A DNA stretch of 64,000 nt from Octopus vulgaris (Eukaryota), in NCBI GenBank assembly GCA_951406725.2, contig OX597825.1:22878001-22942000 (forward strand), given 5' to 3'. The translations under genes were made by a program, and so were the position numbers. Of this stretch, positions 12,828-24,861 are shown in pieces. How positions within the stretch are numbered: position 1 is the first letter of the stretch; each line of letters begins with the position of its first letter. The notes beneath the pieces were generated by a model. The model was not told the origin of the DNA and searched no databases. It saw only the letters and a list, made by a program, of their open reading frames with translations.

Positions 12828-13220
12828 GGCTGCGAACTGGCAGAAAAGTTAGCGCACCGGGCGAAATGCTTAGCAGTATTTCGTCTGCCGCTACGTTCTG
12901 AGTTCAAATTCCGCTGAGGTCGACTTTGCTTTCATCCATTCGGGGTCGATTAATTAAGTACCAGTTACGCACTGGGGTCGATATAATCGACTTAATAAAT
13001 TTGTCTTTCCTTGTTTGTCCTCTGTGTGTTTAGCCTCTTGTGAGTAGAAAAGGAATAGGTATTTCGTCTGTCTTAACGTACTGAGTTCAATTTCCGCCGA
13101 GGTCGACTTTGCCTTTCATCCTTTCGGGGTCGATAAATTAAGTACCAGTTGCGTACTGGGTCGGTCTAATTGACTGGTCCCCTCCCCCAAAATTTCCGGC
13201 CTTGTGCCTAGAGTAGAAAA
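12828..13220 (+). mobile_element. Dimeric SINE family 2 with 19-bp TSD
   Basis: Full monomer + 5'-truncated second monomer with a different tail; TSD caataa(g/a)gatatagcataa at 12806-12824 and 13221-13239. Confidence 0.92.
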
Positions 13221-13688
13221 CAATAAAGATATAGCATAACTGAGCGGCGTTCATCAACATCAATAATATAATGATTCTTTTTTCACCGAGTAGACTTATA
13301 ATTTACTGTGTTTTCATTGTAAAGGGGACGACAGTTCTGTACATTTTCTAAATGAGTTGTCATATTTTGCTTCCGTTGCTTCGATTGTATTAAAAGTACT
13401 TTACGCTACAGGCGAAATAATGTATGTTTTTTTTTATGTCCAGGAATTCATTCTGGCTATATATTTCTCTTTATTTTTTGAAATCATCCCCAATGTATAT
13501 TTTATAAGGTTGTTACTTCAGACTAAATATATGGGTTAGAACCTTTTCTTAGCGTTTTTATTTAGACGCAAAAATTAATTAATTTTATTTTCTGTATAAG
13601 CAGCCTTGTTATGTATGTCATACACGTATTTCTTTTGTCTTCAGTAATAAAGGACCATTTAGATTTAATTTCGATGTTTCTGTACATT

Positions 13689-13943
13689 AAATAAATGTTC
13701 CTTCTCGAGCCATGCCAGGCTCATAAGGACCGGTTTCCCTGTTTCAGTGGCGTTGAAATTCCCCACCTGGTCGGGACGCCAGTCCATCACAGTGTTACTC
13801 ATTTTTGCCAGCTGAGTGGACTGGAGCAATGTGAAATGAAGTGTTTTGCTCAAGGACACAACGCATCGCCTAGTCCAGGAATTGATATCACAATCTTAGG
13901 ATCATGACTGTAACACCCTAACCACTAAGCCATGCACCTCCAC
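13689..13943 (-). mobile_element. SINE family 4 with 11-bp TSD
   Basis: Reverse complement of the 26652-26908 type; TSD ttctgtacatt at 13678-13688 and 13944-13954. Confidence 0.9.
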
Positions 13944-14217
13944 TTCTGTACATTGGTACGACCCATTGTAGCGTCTCTTTGTCAGTCTCTAAGACTTTTA
14001 TTGTTGTATGTTTATACCATCATGTATCTGTTAGCGTTTCGTAATGATGACATAACTTCCAGTGTATGAAATTTCCAACTAGTTTCATAATGGTTGACGT
14101 ATTTTTTCTTGTTGATGAACGAGCGATCAGAGAACAATGTAATCAATTATTTTGTTTCCATCTGGACATATCGTCCGTTAAATGTATTCTCCTTCATTAA
14201 GTGCCTTTGCTTGTTTA

Positions 14218-14366
14218 TTCACGATCCATGACACATCTCTCTTAGTTATATATGTAATATAGTGAATAGACACAACTTCAGTGTATATGCACGAAAGTAA
14301 TTTCCATATAATCTCGCATGGACAGAAAAATATACATTTCCGCTTGCGCGGAAAAGTATACATTAT
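14218..14366 (+). repeat. Left arm of ~120-150-bp inverted repeat (partner 15887-16007)
   Basis: cacgatccatgacaca..gacacaacttcagtgtatatgca..atctcgcatg is reverse-complementary to 15887-16007. Confidence 0.88.
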
Positions 14367-14379
14367 TTGTTGCTGGAAG

Positions 14380-14690
14380 GTTATATTCTCTGACTGTAAT
14401 CAAAAATTCTATATTTGCAACCTTGGATCTTGTACTTCTCAGCTAGAATTGATACTTGAGGTAGGTATTTTCGCTTCGTTCAGTGTCCTTGCCTGCTTTG
14501 GCTAAGCAGAGGCTTCTTGTGACTTCACTTTTCGCACATTCTGTAACCCAGCATTTAGTTTAGTTTTCAACCGCTTTATCACAATTTCCGCTAGTGTTTC
14601 TCGTTTTTCCTCACGTTTTTTGTCTGTCATTTCAGTGTCAATTTTATATTTGTTGGCTTCCTTAAAGAGAGAAAATAGTTGAACTGCTGC
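14380..14690 (-). pseudogene. Heavily decayed internal fragment of R4/Dong-like LINE
   Basis: Minus-strand LFKEANKY..KRLKTKL..QE(K)PLLSQ..(W)LRST.SKVANIEF parallels QEKALRCKYW..WRRSSRPKAETEGFLIAAQD at 36635-36800. Confidence 0.5.
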
Positions 14691-15216
14691 AGATCATCTT
14701 GTAGAGAATAAAGGAAAACTAAATATAAAAAACGAACAAAACAAATGGAATAATATGACACATTGCTCTAAGGCTGTAGACGCCATGCTACCATAATTTG
14801 ATACGGCAGACAGGGGACTGTGAACATGTTTGAGTGAATAGATTGAAATTCTACGACGTTATCATGCCATCTTCTCTATACAGAGCTGTTCCTTTTTTCA
14901 TAAAGCGTTTAATACTAGATACAAAGAAACACACATTGAAGAAAATGGCATTAATATCGACACTAATATGAATTCCTTCGCTATTGGCAGGTAAAAAATA
15001 CATTATACATTATTCACGTGAAGGATGCCACTCATAAACTACAGTAACTCTGAGATGCCGAGTATCTATAAATCTAGAAACCAAAAGATTTTTATTTCAA
15101 TTTATTATTGTTACTCTCTAATTTAATACTCACATTACAACCTGAAAATTTTGTTTTTACTAATGTGGTGCCCTATAACTTTTATATTTCTGAGTATGTG
15201 ATGGGAACATTCGGTG

Positions 15217-15382
15217 AGATTATTTACATTATTTACAATTGACGGATATTTGTTCTCATCTTCTTTGTTGTTAACACAATGTTTCGGCTGATAATACCTC
15301 CAACCTTCATCAGGTGTCTTGGGGAAATTTCGAACCTGAGTTCTCATTCCTAAGGTTATTTCGATGTTGTTGTTGTTGTTGA

Positions 15383-15431
<49 letters not shown>

Positions 15432-15473
15432 ATTATTATTATTATTAATATTATTATTATTATTATTATTATA

Positions 15474-15533
<60 letters not shown>

Positions 15534-15610
15534 TTTCAGGTCACAGCCTGGAATCGAACTCGGAATCTTGGGGTTAGTAGCCCACGTTCTTAACCACTAC
15601 GCCATATGCC
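15217..15610 (-). mobile_element. Non-autonomous element: tRNA-derived head + (TAA)n + hammerhead-bearing Penelope-like tail
   Basis: Head 15536-15610 ggcatatggcgtagtggttaag..gagttcgattccaggc (A and B boxes); tail contains gacac-CTGATGA-aggttg..cagcc-GAAAC-att-gtgtt. Confidence 0.75.
15273..15318 (-). ncRNA. Minimal type-I hammerhead ribozyme motif (degenerate)
   Basis: Stem I gacac/gtgtt, core CTGATGA, stem II ggttg/cagcc, GAAAC, triplet ATT (probably CpG decay of palindromic AACGTT). Confidence 0.7.
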
Positions 15611-15740
15611 TGATGAAGGCTGGAGGGTATATGAACCGAAACATTATGTTAACTACAAACAAGATGAGGACAAATATCCATCAAATGTAAATAATGTAAA
15701 TAATGTACATAATTCCTCATCTCTTAAATATAGAACTGTA
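15609..15740 (+). mobile_element. Inverted second copy of the hammerhead-bearing tail, fused to the 5' end of the tRNA head
   Basis: cCTGATGAaggctggagggtatatgaaccGAAACattatgttaac..gaggacaaatatcc..tgtaaataatgtaaataat is reverse-complementary to 15220-15313; junction shares cc. Confidence 0.85.
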
Positions 15741-15886
15741 TTATTCAGTAAGATTGCCTACTACAGAAAGCTTTCTTTAGTGATATACTATATAAAATAG
15801 TCGCAGAAACCCTGGTCTGTTGCTATGGCGATTTTATAGATAAAGCTCTTATCTGTATGAGATCCCTATACTATTTCAGCTACTGT

Positions 15887-16007
15887 ATAATGTAAACTTT
15901 TCCGCGCATGCGAGATTATATGAAATTACTTTCCTGCATATACACTGAAGTTGTGTCTTCTCACTATATTACATATATAGCTAAGAGAGCTGTGTCATGG
16001 ATCGTGA
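15887..16007 (-). repeat. Right arm of inverted repeat (partner 14218-14366)
   Basis: Reverse-complement match. Confidence 0.88.
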
Positions 16008-16404
16008 AATGTCATGATCCAGCGATATACTTCTGTGTGAGCGAGGAAATAAAATTGTAAAATCTTTTTTATTAAAATATCATCACCATTACGATTCCAC
16101 CAGGATATATTTCTCATTGATGGCGTAATTTTATGCAAGATTTCTTTGCTGGAAAGCTATTAAGCTCTGGATTTGATTTTATAATACTACACTGTTACAC
16201 TTACGTTCCGTAACACCTCATCTGAAACTATATCTTCTTCCATGAATACGCGGTTGCAGTTGTATAATTCTAGTTTCGAGTTGAAAGATATGACGTGAAG
16301 AACAAATTTGGTCATATAGCAGGAATTCGTACATGTGGCAACGCAGATATTCTTTTAAACATGTATTATTCTAAATATGAAGCTACTTTAACGCATTTTA
16401 ACGT

Positions 16405-16570
16405 GCGCAGGAGTGGCTGTGTGGTAAGTAGCTTGCTTACCAACCACATGGTTCCGGGTTCAGTTCACTGCGTGGCATCTTGGGCAAGTGTCTTCTGCTA
16501 TAGCCTCGGGCCGACCAATGCTTTGTGAGTGGATTTGGTAGACGGAAACTGAAAGAAGCCCGTCGTATAT
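16405..16570 (+). mobile_element. SINE family 1, 5' half
   Basis: gcgcaggagtggctgtgtggtaag..gaaagaagcccgtcgtata. Confidence 0.9.
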
Positions 16571-16571
16571 A

Positions 16572-16809
16572 TGTTCCTTCGATGAATCACTCAATTTTAT
16601 ATACTATTCTGTATATTAGCACTTATAATTTGGCATAAACCATACGGTATATATTCACGGCTGTCTGACGATCCGAGGGAGAGCTTGTGAAATCAGTTCA
16701 AATTCAATTAAGTGTCAGTATGTGCGAGTGTCTGTGTATGTGTGCGTGTATGTGTGTGTGTGTATGTTATATCATCATTTTATATTATACAATATATATA
16801 TATGTATAT
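16572..16809 (+). repeat. Dispersed repeat, second copy at 58694-58948; contains a hammerhead stub
   Basis: tgttccttcgatgaatcac..ggctgtctgacgatccgag..gtgaaatcagttcaaattcaat. Confidence 0.88.
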
Positions 16810-17172
16810 AGGTGCATGAGTGGCTATGTGGTAAGTAGCTTGCTTATGAACCACATGGTTCCGGGTTCAGTCCCACTGCGTAGCATCTTGGGCAAGTGTC
16901 TTCTGCTATAGCCTCGGGCCGACCAATGCCTTCTGAGTGGATTTGGTAGACGGAAACTGAAAGAAGCCCGTCGTATATATGTATATATGTATGTGTGTGT
17001 ATGTTTGTGTGTCTGTGTTTGTCCCCCTAGCATTGATTGACAACCGATGCTGGCAAAAAAACGATAGAATAAGTATTGGGCTTAGAAAGAATAAGTCCCG
17101 GGGTCGATTTGCTCGACAAAAGGCGGTGATCCAGCATGGCCGCAGTCAAATGACTGAAACAAGTAAAAGAGA
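16810..17172 (+). mobile_element. SINE family 1 with internal deletion
   Basis: Family 1 head, body and tail. Confidence 0.9.
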
Positions 17173-17494
17173 GATGAGCATACGATACAGAATTATATAC
17201 CAACACATTCAAATAATACTAAATTGGTTGAAAATGACAATTCAGAAATATGTTATATCCTGCAATTATAGGTCATACAAAAACCCATTGTAGAAGAAAA
17301 CAAAGTACAAAACACAATGGATACGAATACCGAAGTAAAAAGATTAATATTATAGAATATTAAAGAGAATGGTTTGGTGAAATATGAAAATACATACAAT
17401 GAATACAATACAAATGAACAACTTAAAAGATATTCAGCTTTTTAAATGTAATCATAAACGTATTGCAATAACATACACATTTACACGTGCAAGC

Positions 17495-17520
17495 GTACAT
17501 ACATACATGTATATATATGC

Positions 17521-17570
<50 letters not shown>

Positions 17571-17573
17571 ATA

Positions 17574-17629
<56 letters not shown>

Positions 17630-17726
17630 GTGTATATACATATATGCATGTATAACGTATATATATATATATAAGAGAGCTATATATATAGCGATATACT
17701 TCTGTGTGAGCGGAAATATATCTATA

Positions 17727-17816
<90 letters not shown>

Positions 17817-17821
17817 CATAC

Positions 17822-17868
<47 letters not shown>

Positions 17869-17965
17869 ATATATACATATCATTAAACATATAGTCGAAC
17901 GGTTATAATGTGTTGTATATATATATATCAATATATATATTTATATATATGTATATATATTTATA

Positions 17966-17996
<31 letters not shown>

Positions 17997-18002
17997 GTAC
18001 AT

Positions 18003-18078
<76 letters not shown>
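17495..18078. repeat. Interrupted (TA)n/(TG)n field
   Basis: Directly visible; source of many poly-IY ORFs. Confidence 0.95.
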
Positions 18079-18080
<2 letters not shown>

Positions 18081-18605
18081 CACAAAGGCAGATATACACG
18101 CGCGCGCGTACATATTTAGTGATCTGATGTATGTGAACGTGCATATAAATAAATACATTTTCTTCCGAACGAGTCGCCATCAACGATTTAAGATAAAGTC
18201 AAATGCGAACCACTGAAGTGTGTATCATATAATTTAATTTAACAAATGGCTAATTTTTTCATTTATATAACTACAGAAAATACGTGCACAGAATTGGAGA
18301 CAGAACATGTCGAACAAATGAATATATTTGACGTCCTAACGAGAATATATGCCGGCTTAACCACATTAACACTGAAGATAATCTACCGAATGAATCCTAA
18401 TTTTGTTTGCATAAAATACAAGTAGGCAGTGATGCCTAACTTTTTTGCATTGTTGCTTAGAATTATTATCACGTTCTTGGCCATGTGCCACGATTTGATA
18501 TCAGTTATTAAAACGTATAATATCATTCATGAAAGCCGGGGCACATGAACCGTGACCTGACATACAAGATGGTTACGAGGCGTATTTTTTTTTATCTCAT
18601 TGCAG

Positions 18606-19593
18606 AAGCGGATTCCAAACTTTTTTCGCACCATGAACCTATTTCCTCCAAGACAATTTTTCTACGGACCGAGGGATCGAACGCATAACAAAACACAATG
18701 AACTGCATAATATATGATTTAATTCATATATTCATATATTCACTTTATCAGCTGTGTGTGTGTGTGTGTGTGTGTGCGTGTGTGTGCCTGTGCAATGATG
18801 TCTTAGCTAGTCGAAACTTCGGAGTCACTCTCAATACTGTTCTTCTTAAAGAATGGTAAATTTGTACTCCGCAAAAGTATGGAGTCAACCTCCTGATGAA
18901 CGTAAAAATGTTTTTATTATAACTAAACGTAAAAAGAAACAAACATTATAATGTAAAATGTGTATAGGCGCGGGAATGGCTGTGTGGTAAGTAGCTTGCT
19001 AACCAACCACATGGTTCCGGTTTCAGTCCCACTGCGTGGCATCTTGGGCAAGTGTCTTCTGCTATAGCCCCGGGCCGACCAATGCCTTCTGAGTGGATTT
19101 GGTAGACGGAAACTGAAAGAAGCCCGTCGTATATATGTATATATATGTATATATGTATGTGTGTGTGTTTGTGTGTCTGTGTTTGTCCCCCTAGCATTGC
19201 TTGACAACCGATGTTGGTGTGTTTACGCCCCCGTTACTTAGCGGTTCGGCAAAAAGAGACCGATAGAATAAGTACTGGGCTTACAAAGAATAAGTCCCGG
19301 GGTCGAGTCCCTCGACTAAAAAGGAGGTGCTCCAGCATGGCCGCAGTCAAATGACTGAAACAAGTAAAAGAGAGTAAAGAGTAATATATACACGTATGTG
19401 TGTGTGTCCGTATCTGTGTGTGCGCGCGTGTCTGTGTCCGCGGGCTTGTACGTGTGTAACGGGAAAACACGCTGGTACCTGCGATTGCAAATAAAGTAGA
19501 AATAAAATTTAAACATTTATCCTTTCTGTACCGCCCGGTACCAATGATCTACAGCCTGTTACTGGTCTGCAGCTCCTTGGTTGGGGATCACTG
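18606..19593. mobile_element. hAT-Charlie (MER1-like) non-autonomous DNA transposon, interrupted by a SINE
   Basis: Right TIR ggttggggatcactg (RC cagtgatccccaacc) with subterminal ggtaccgggcggtacagaaag; decayed left TIR aagcggattccaaac + tttttcgcacca..agacaatttttctacggaccg; flanks cattgcag / cattcgat resemble a decayed 8-bp TSD. Confidence 0.65.
18966..19382 (+). mobile_element. SINE family 1, full length
   Basis: Family 1 head through gtaaaagagagtaaagag tail. Confidence 0.92.
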
Positions 19594-20704
19594 CATTCGA
19601 TCATGTATCGACGAGCTGAAATGGCACCGATGAAGGCATCAGAGATATGTTCCAGATATCCCACCATTTTACTACAACGTCTAAATGACAGTATTAAGAT
19701 GAGATAATGCAGGCAGTAAACCAATCGCCACCTTAAATTTAAAAAAAGTACAACACACAAATTTAGTAGTATTATCTATCTGTGAATATTTCTGTCACCG
19801 TCTGACAAATGTAATCAAATAACAGAAGTTGGTAGCAAACTAGCTGAAGAATAGTCTCCAAAATAGATTAAGTAGCAATTACTTATAAGCCTAAATATTC
19901 GGAGGAATATCTACTGAAACATCTATTTAGCAAAACTAATTGGAATTTATTTTTAAAATAAGAAAGCAGAAAAATTGTAATTTGATTTTAAACTCAATAG
20001 CTAGATGAGGTAGAAAAGTATATTAGGTCTTTCAAACGGAAAAAAATAGTTTTCATCAGAGGCGGAATATTAAAATAGTGTTTTTGTTGATTTTTCTGCA
20101 AATTTTTAGACATATAAGTATTTGCTAATCTACTTGATGGAACTTGGCCTTGTCCTCAGTTTGCTACGAAATTTTATTATTAGATTTCGTTTGTCAGGCG
20201 ATGACATACAGAAATGTGCATGAATGGCTAATTTCATTACAGTATCTTTGAATGTGTATGTGTAACACTCGCAGTTTTATAAGCATGTGAAATATTGTGC
20301 TCACTTGTCTCATGCAACAACGATTATTGTTCACGCCATGTATTTATTTGTTTACGTGTCTTTTAGGTCTTTGAGAATTTCTGAAATAATAAAATTATAT
20401 TATAATAAAACTATAAATTCTAAAGAACCTAGAAATGCTCTGCATCGGCAAATAACATATTTTATAAAATGGGCGCAAACATAGCTGTTTGATTAAGATG
20501 TTTCTTTTCACAACCACATTGGGTCGAGTTCAGTACCACCGTGGGACAATTTGGGCAAGTAATTTAGGCCTACCAATGCCTTAAAAGGGAATGTAATATA
20601 TTGGAGCCATGCATTCACAACCACACACATACGCACTAAACACACGTCCACACACAAACGCACGCACACTCAACGTATATTATGTGTATTGGGATCCTAT
20701 TTTG

Positions 20705-21505
20705 GACTAGTTGATGAACAGTTTTTCTTTTACCAGTTTTTCTTTTACTGGATGACAAACATTTTTTAACCAGTTTCTTTTTACTGGTTAATGAACAGTT
20801 TTTTTTACCAGTTATTCTTTTGGTGGTTGACAAACAGTTTCCCTTTTACCAGTTTTTCTTTTACTGGATGACAAACAGTTTTTAACCAGTTTCTTTTTAC
20901 TGGTTAATGAACAGTTTTTTACCAGTTATTCTTTTGGTGGTTGACAAACAGTTTCCCTTTTACCAGTTTTTCTTTTAATGGATGACAAACAGTTTTTTAC
21001 CAGTTTCTTTTTACTGGTTAATGAATAGTTTTTTTACCAGTTATTCTTTTGGTGGTTGACAAACAGTTTGCCTTTTACCTGTTTTTCTTTTACTGGTTGA
21101 CAAACAGTTTTTCATTTACCAGTTTTTTCTTTTACTGGATGACAAGCAGTTTTTTAATACCAGTTTTTCTTTTACTAGTTATGAACAGTTTTTCTTTTAC
21201 TGGTTGACAAACAGTTTTTTTTACCAGTTTTTCTTTTACTGGTTAATGAACAGTTTTCCTTTTACCAGTTTTTCTTTTACTGGTTGACGAACAGTTTTTC
21301 TTTTACCAGTTTTTCTTTTACTGGTTGACGAACAGTTTTCCTTTTACCAGTTTTTCTTTTACTGGTTAATGAACAGTTTTCTTTTTACCAGTTTTTCTTT
21401 TACTGGTTGACGAACAGTTTTCCTTTTACCAGTTTTTCTTTTACTGGTTAATGAACAGTTTTCCTTTTACCAGTTTTTCTTTTACTGGTTGACGAACAGT
21501 TTTAC
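20705..21505. repeat. Minisatellite, ~38-40-bp unit (~20 copies) with internal palindrome and ~115-bp higher-order period in its first half
   Basis: Unit ttttACCAGTttttcttttACTGGTtgacgaacagttttcc; gatgacaaac variant recurs at 20751, 20867 and 20981. Confidence 0.95.
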
Positions 21506-21879
21506 TTTGTTTAAGTCTCCGTTAACTAGAAGTTCGCAAGAAGAATATCGATAGAACAAGTATAAGATTTTAAATTAATATTGGCAAAGATTTGATTCAC
21601 TAAACCTATCAAGTCTGTGATTCACCATCGCAACAATCTAATAACTGAGACAAGCAAAAGAGTAAACCAATGAAAAGCAAATGAAATTATTTAAGCTTAA
21701 AATTTATTCCACCGTTTGAAGTAAAACTACGTTAGTCTTATTTTCATAAACATTTTGCATCAACTTTAAAGTCTATTCTTACAGCCTTTCAAAATATATT
21801 GTTACAGCTCTGATGCTCGAAGCATCGACAGTTCAAATGAAGCATAAAATGGAAATGTCGTAAAGTTTGCTTTTTTTTT

Positions 21880-22075
21880 TTATCTTTTGTGTTTCTGGCA
21901 TTAGACTGCAGCCATGCTGGGGCATCGCCTTGAAGAATTTTTAATCGAGTGAAACGATCACAGTACTCTTTTTTTCTTTCTTTTATGGCTGCTACTTATT
22001 ATACCAGTCTCTTTTGCACTACTGCAGAGATACGGGGACGTAAACAAGGCTGTACCAATTATCAATCGCTGGGGA
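21880..22075 (-). mobile_element. Diverged SINE family 1 relative, 3' part
   Basis: gactgcagccatgctggggcatcgcc..gatacggggacgtaaaca; similar fragment at 24100-24260. Confidence 0.6.
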
Positions 22076-22126
22076 GGGACGAAGAAAAACAAAAAAGCTC
22101 ATGCACAAATGCACACGCGCTCCACA

Positions 22127-22161
<35 letters not shown>

Positions 22162-22330
22162 TTTGATACTTTGATACTTTGATAGGTTTCGGTCATTATT
22201 GGCCCAGGCCATGTCTAACTTAATAGCACCACCTGGGTATATATATATATATATTAGAAAAAGACAATTTTTATCAATTCAAAATGAATAATTAAATTAC
22301 ACCATCTAGAAAGGTACATATAGTAGAAAA

Positions 22331-22450
22331 GTTAAAATTAAAATAACAATAAAAAGTAAAGATTAAGTAAATTACAAAAATAATAAAATGTATATAATTT
22401 TTATTATTTTTGTAATTTACTTAATCTTTACTTTTTATTTTAATTTTAAC
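22331..22450. repeat. AT-rich fold-back palindrome inside a short element bounded by (TA)n
   Basis: aataaaaagtaaagattaagtaaattacaaaaataataaaa / ttttattatttttgtaatttacttaatctttactttttatt, plus outer gttaaaattaaaat / attttaattttaac. Confidence 0.9.
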
Positions 22451-22578
22451 TGTTTGATAAAAGGTGGGGTTTTTTTGATATTTTTTATATATTTATTATA
22501 TTGTGTGGAATTCGATTTAGTATTTCTAAATTGAATTTTTCCTTGTAAATTTGGATTTTATTCCCTCAAATAATAATC

Positions 22579-22960
<382 letters not shown>

Positions 22961-23664
22961 TCAAAAAAGCCGACTTTCTTGAAAATATGCCACAAATTGC
23001 AGTATTTTTAAGAGACCAAAAAAGTAAAATGCAAAAGAGATATTTTCTTCAAACTTGCCATGAAGCAAGGAAAGACTACTTGGCTTCTCAAGAAGTTTTT
23101 TTTTGCCTTAACTTCGTTTAACAAAACCAAAACTTTTATTGAAATAAAGGCATGCATAATTATTTTTTAATGAAAAGAATACACTGATTGCTTTTTATTC
23201 AACGAAGAAAATACTATTGTCTTGCTAATAAATGATTTTTGTTGCCTTACAGCATTAAACCAAAAAAACGTGTGTTATTTTGTGAAAGAAAACCATTATT
23301 ATATTCAGTCAAGATTGTATTCAGTCAAGGTGAATGTAGTCAAAATACTTCAATTTTAGAAACAAAAGACTATTTGCTTGCTTCTTAATCGTGCAATATT
23401 TGCATTAAAATCGTTTTTCTTTGTAACAGAAAAAAGTCTATCTTTATTTCTTCTTTTGCTGGTGTCTCAAACTTAGGTTAAATCAGTGTTTCTCAAAGGG
23501 TAGGCCTATGGGACGGTCGGACAAGTTGTTTTGAGAAAATTTGGTTTACATGTTTGACAACTCAGCACCGTCCATTGGACGGGTGGGGGCGTTTTGCTCG
23601 TATATATATATATATATATAATGTGTGTGTATGTGCGTGCAAGTGTGTGTGTGTGTGCGCGTGT

Positions 23665-23826
23665 GTACGATGGCCTTTTTCAGTTTCCGTCTACTAAATC
23701 CAATCACAAGGCTACAACCCGGTGCTATAATGGAAAAAACTCGCCTGGGGGGCCACGCAGTGGGACTGAACCCGGAACCATGTAACTGAGAAGCAAACAT
23801 CTTTCCACACAGCCACGGATGCGCCT
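23665..23826 (-). mobile_element. SINE family 1, 5' half
   Basis: tttcagtttccgtctac..ccacgcagtgggactgaacccggaaccatgt..ccacacagccac..gcgcc. Confidence 0.85.
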
Positions 23827-24419
23827 TCCCTGAAATCACATTTGCAGTAAATTCCGAAATTTATGTTTGTTTTTCTTTTTTCTTATTTTGATAATTAAAC
23901 TTTCTATTCAGCTTCTACTCAACCAAGAACCAATTAGTATCGTTTATCAACATCAAAAGATATTATACAGAAGAAAACTTAGTTTACAATTTGATCCGGG
24001 TGATAATCGTTTCTTTTCGCTCTCTCTCTCTCTCACTCACTCTATCTATCTATCTATCTCTCCCTCTGTTTCTCACCTTCTTCTCTCCCTCCCTCTCCCT
24101 TGTTTGAGTCATTAGAGTGCGGCCATGCTGTGGCACCACCTTGAAGAATTTTAGTCGAGTGAACCAATCCTGATACTTATTTTATCGTTCTGATTTGCCG
24201 AGCCACAAAATTATGGGACGTTAAAAGTAACATCGGGTGTCAAGAGGTTGTGTGGAACAAACACAGACATCCGGGCACACACACACACATACACACGCAC
24301 AAACACAGATACACGAAAACACACACACACACACACACACACCGCACACGCACACACGAACACATACAGACTTCTGTATGATTCCATATGTATATATTCT
24401 TTAATCTTCCATATGTATA

Positions 24420-24640
24420 TATAAAGTTAATCCAAACAAGGAAGCACAAAAAAAAAGACACAACAACGCGAGGACGTGGAACAAATATAGTATTATTGGA
24501 CGCTCAGGAAAGAAGGAAAGAAGGAGGGATTAATGTTTCGAGCGGAGCTCTTCGTCGGATACATAGGAGAAGGAAATATCCAGAGAAGAGAAGACAGAGG
24601 GAAAAAAATCGCCAACGGTACACACGCGGTCACATTTTGA

Positions 24641-24642
<2 letters not shown>
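24420..24642 (-). mobile_element. Short Penelope-like terminal fragment with degenerate hammerhead (24528-24562)
   Basis: Minus strand gtat-CcGACGA-a-gagc-tcc-gctc-GAAAC-att-aatc; bounded by (TA)n. Confidence 0.55.
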
Positions 24643-24677
<35 letters not shown>

Positions 24678-24861
24678 GAAAATAGTAAAAAGTGAAAAAA
24701 CTACAGAAGGCGTGTTTTAAAAGGTTAAAAAATATATATTTGAGTCAATATGTCTGAAGAATGTTATAAAATTTTTTCATACTCAGAACGTAACCGCAGG
24801 CGAAATACTGCTAAGCATTTCGCCCGGCTGCTAACGATTCTACCAACTCGCCGCTTGTTTC

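Noticed and set aside
15536-15610. Functional tRNA gene (likewise the other SINE heads)
   Set aside because: No proper acceptor stem, atypical anticodon, and it continues into the repeat body
19509-19760. ORF with plausible splice acceptor at 19681
   Set aside because: Its 3' half is the hAT TIR/subterminal sequence; no recognisable protein
20705-21505. CRISPR-like array of palindromic repeats
   Set aside because: No unique spacers, units are contiguous, no cas genes, eukaryotic context
23484-23520. cagtgtttctcaaa hAT-like TIR
   Set aside because: No partner TIR found
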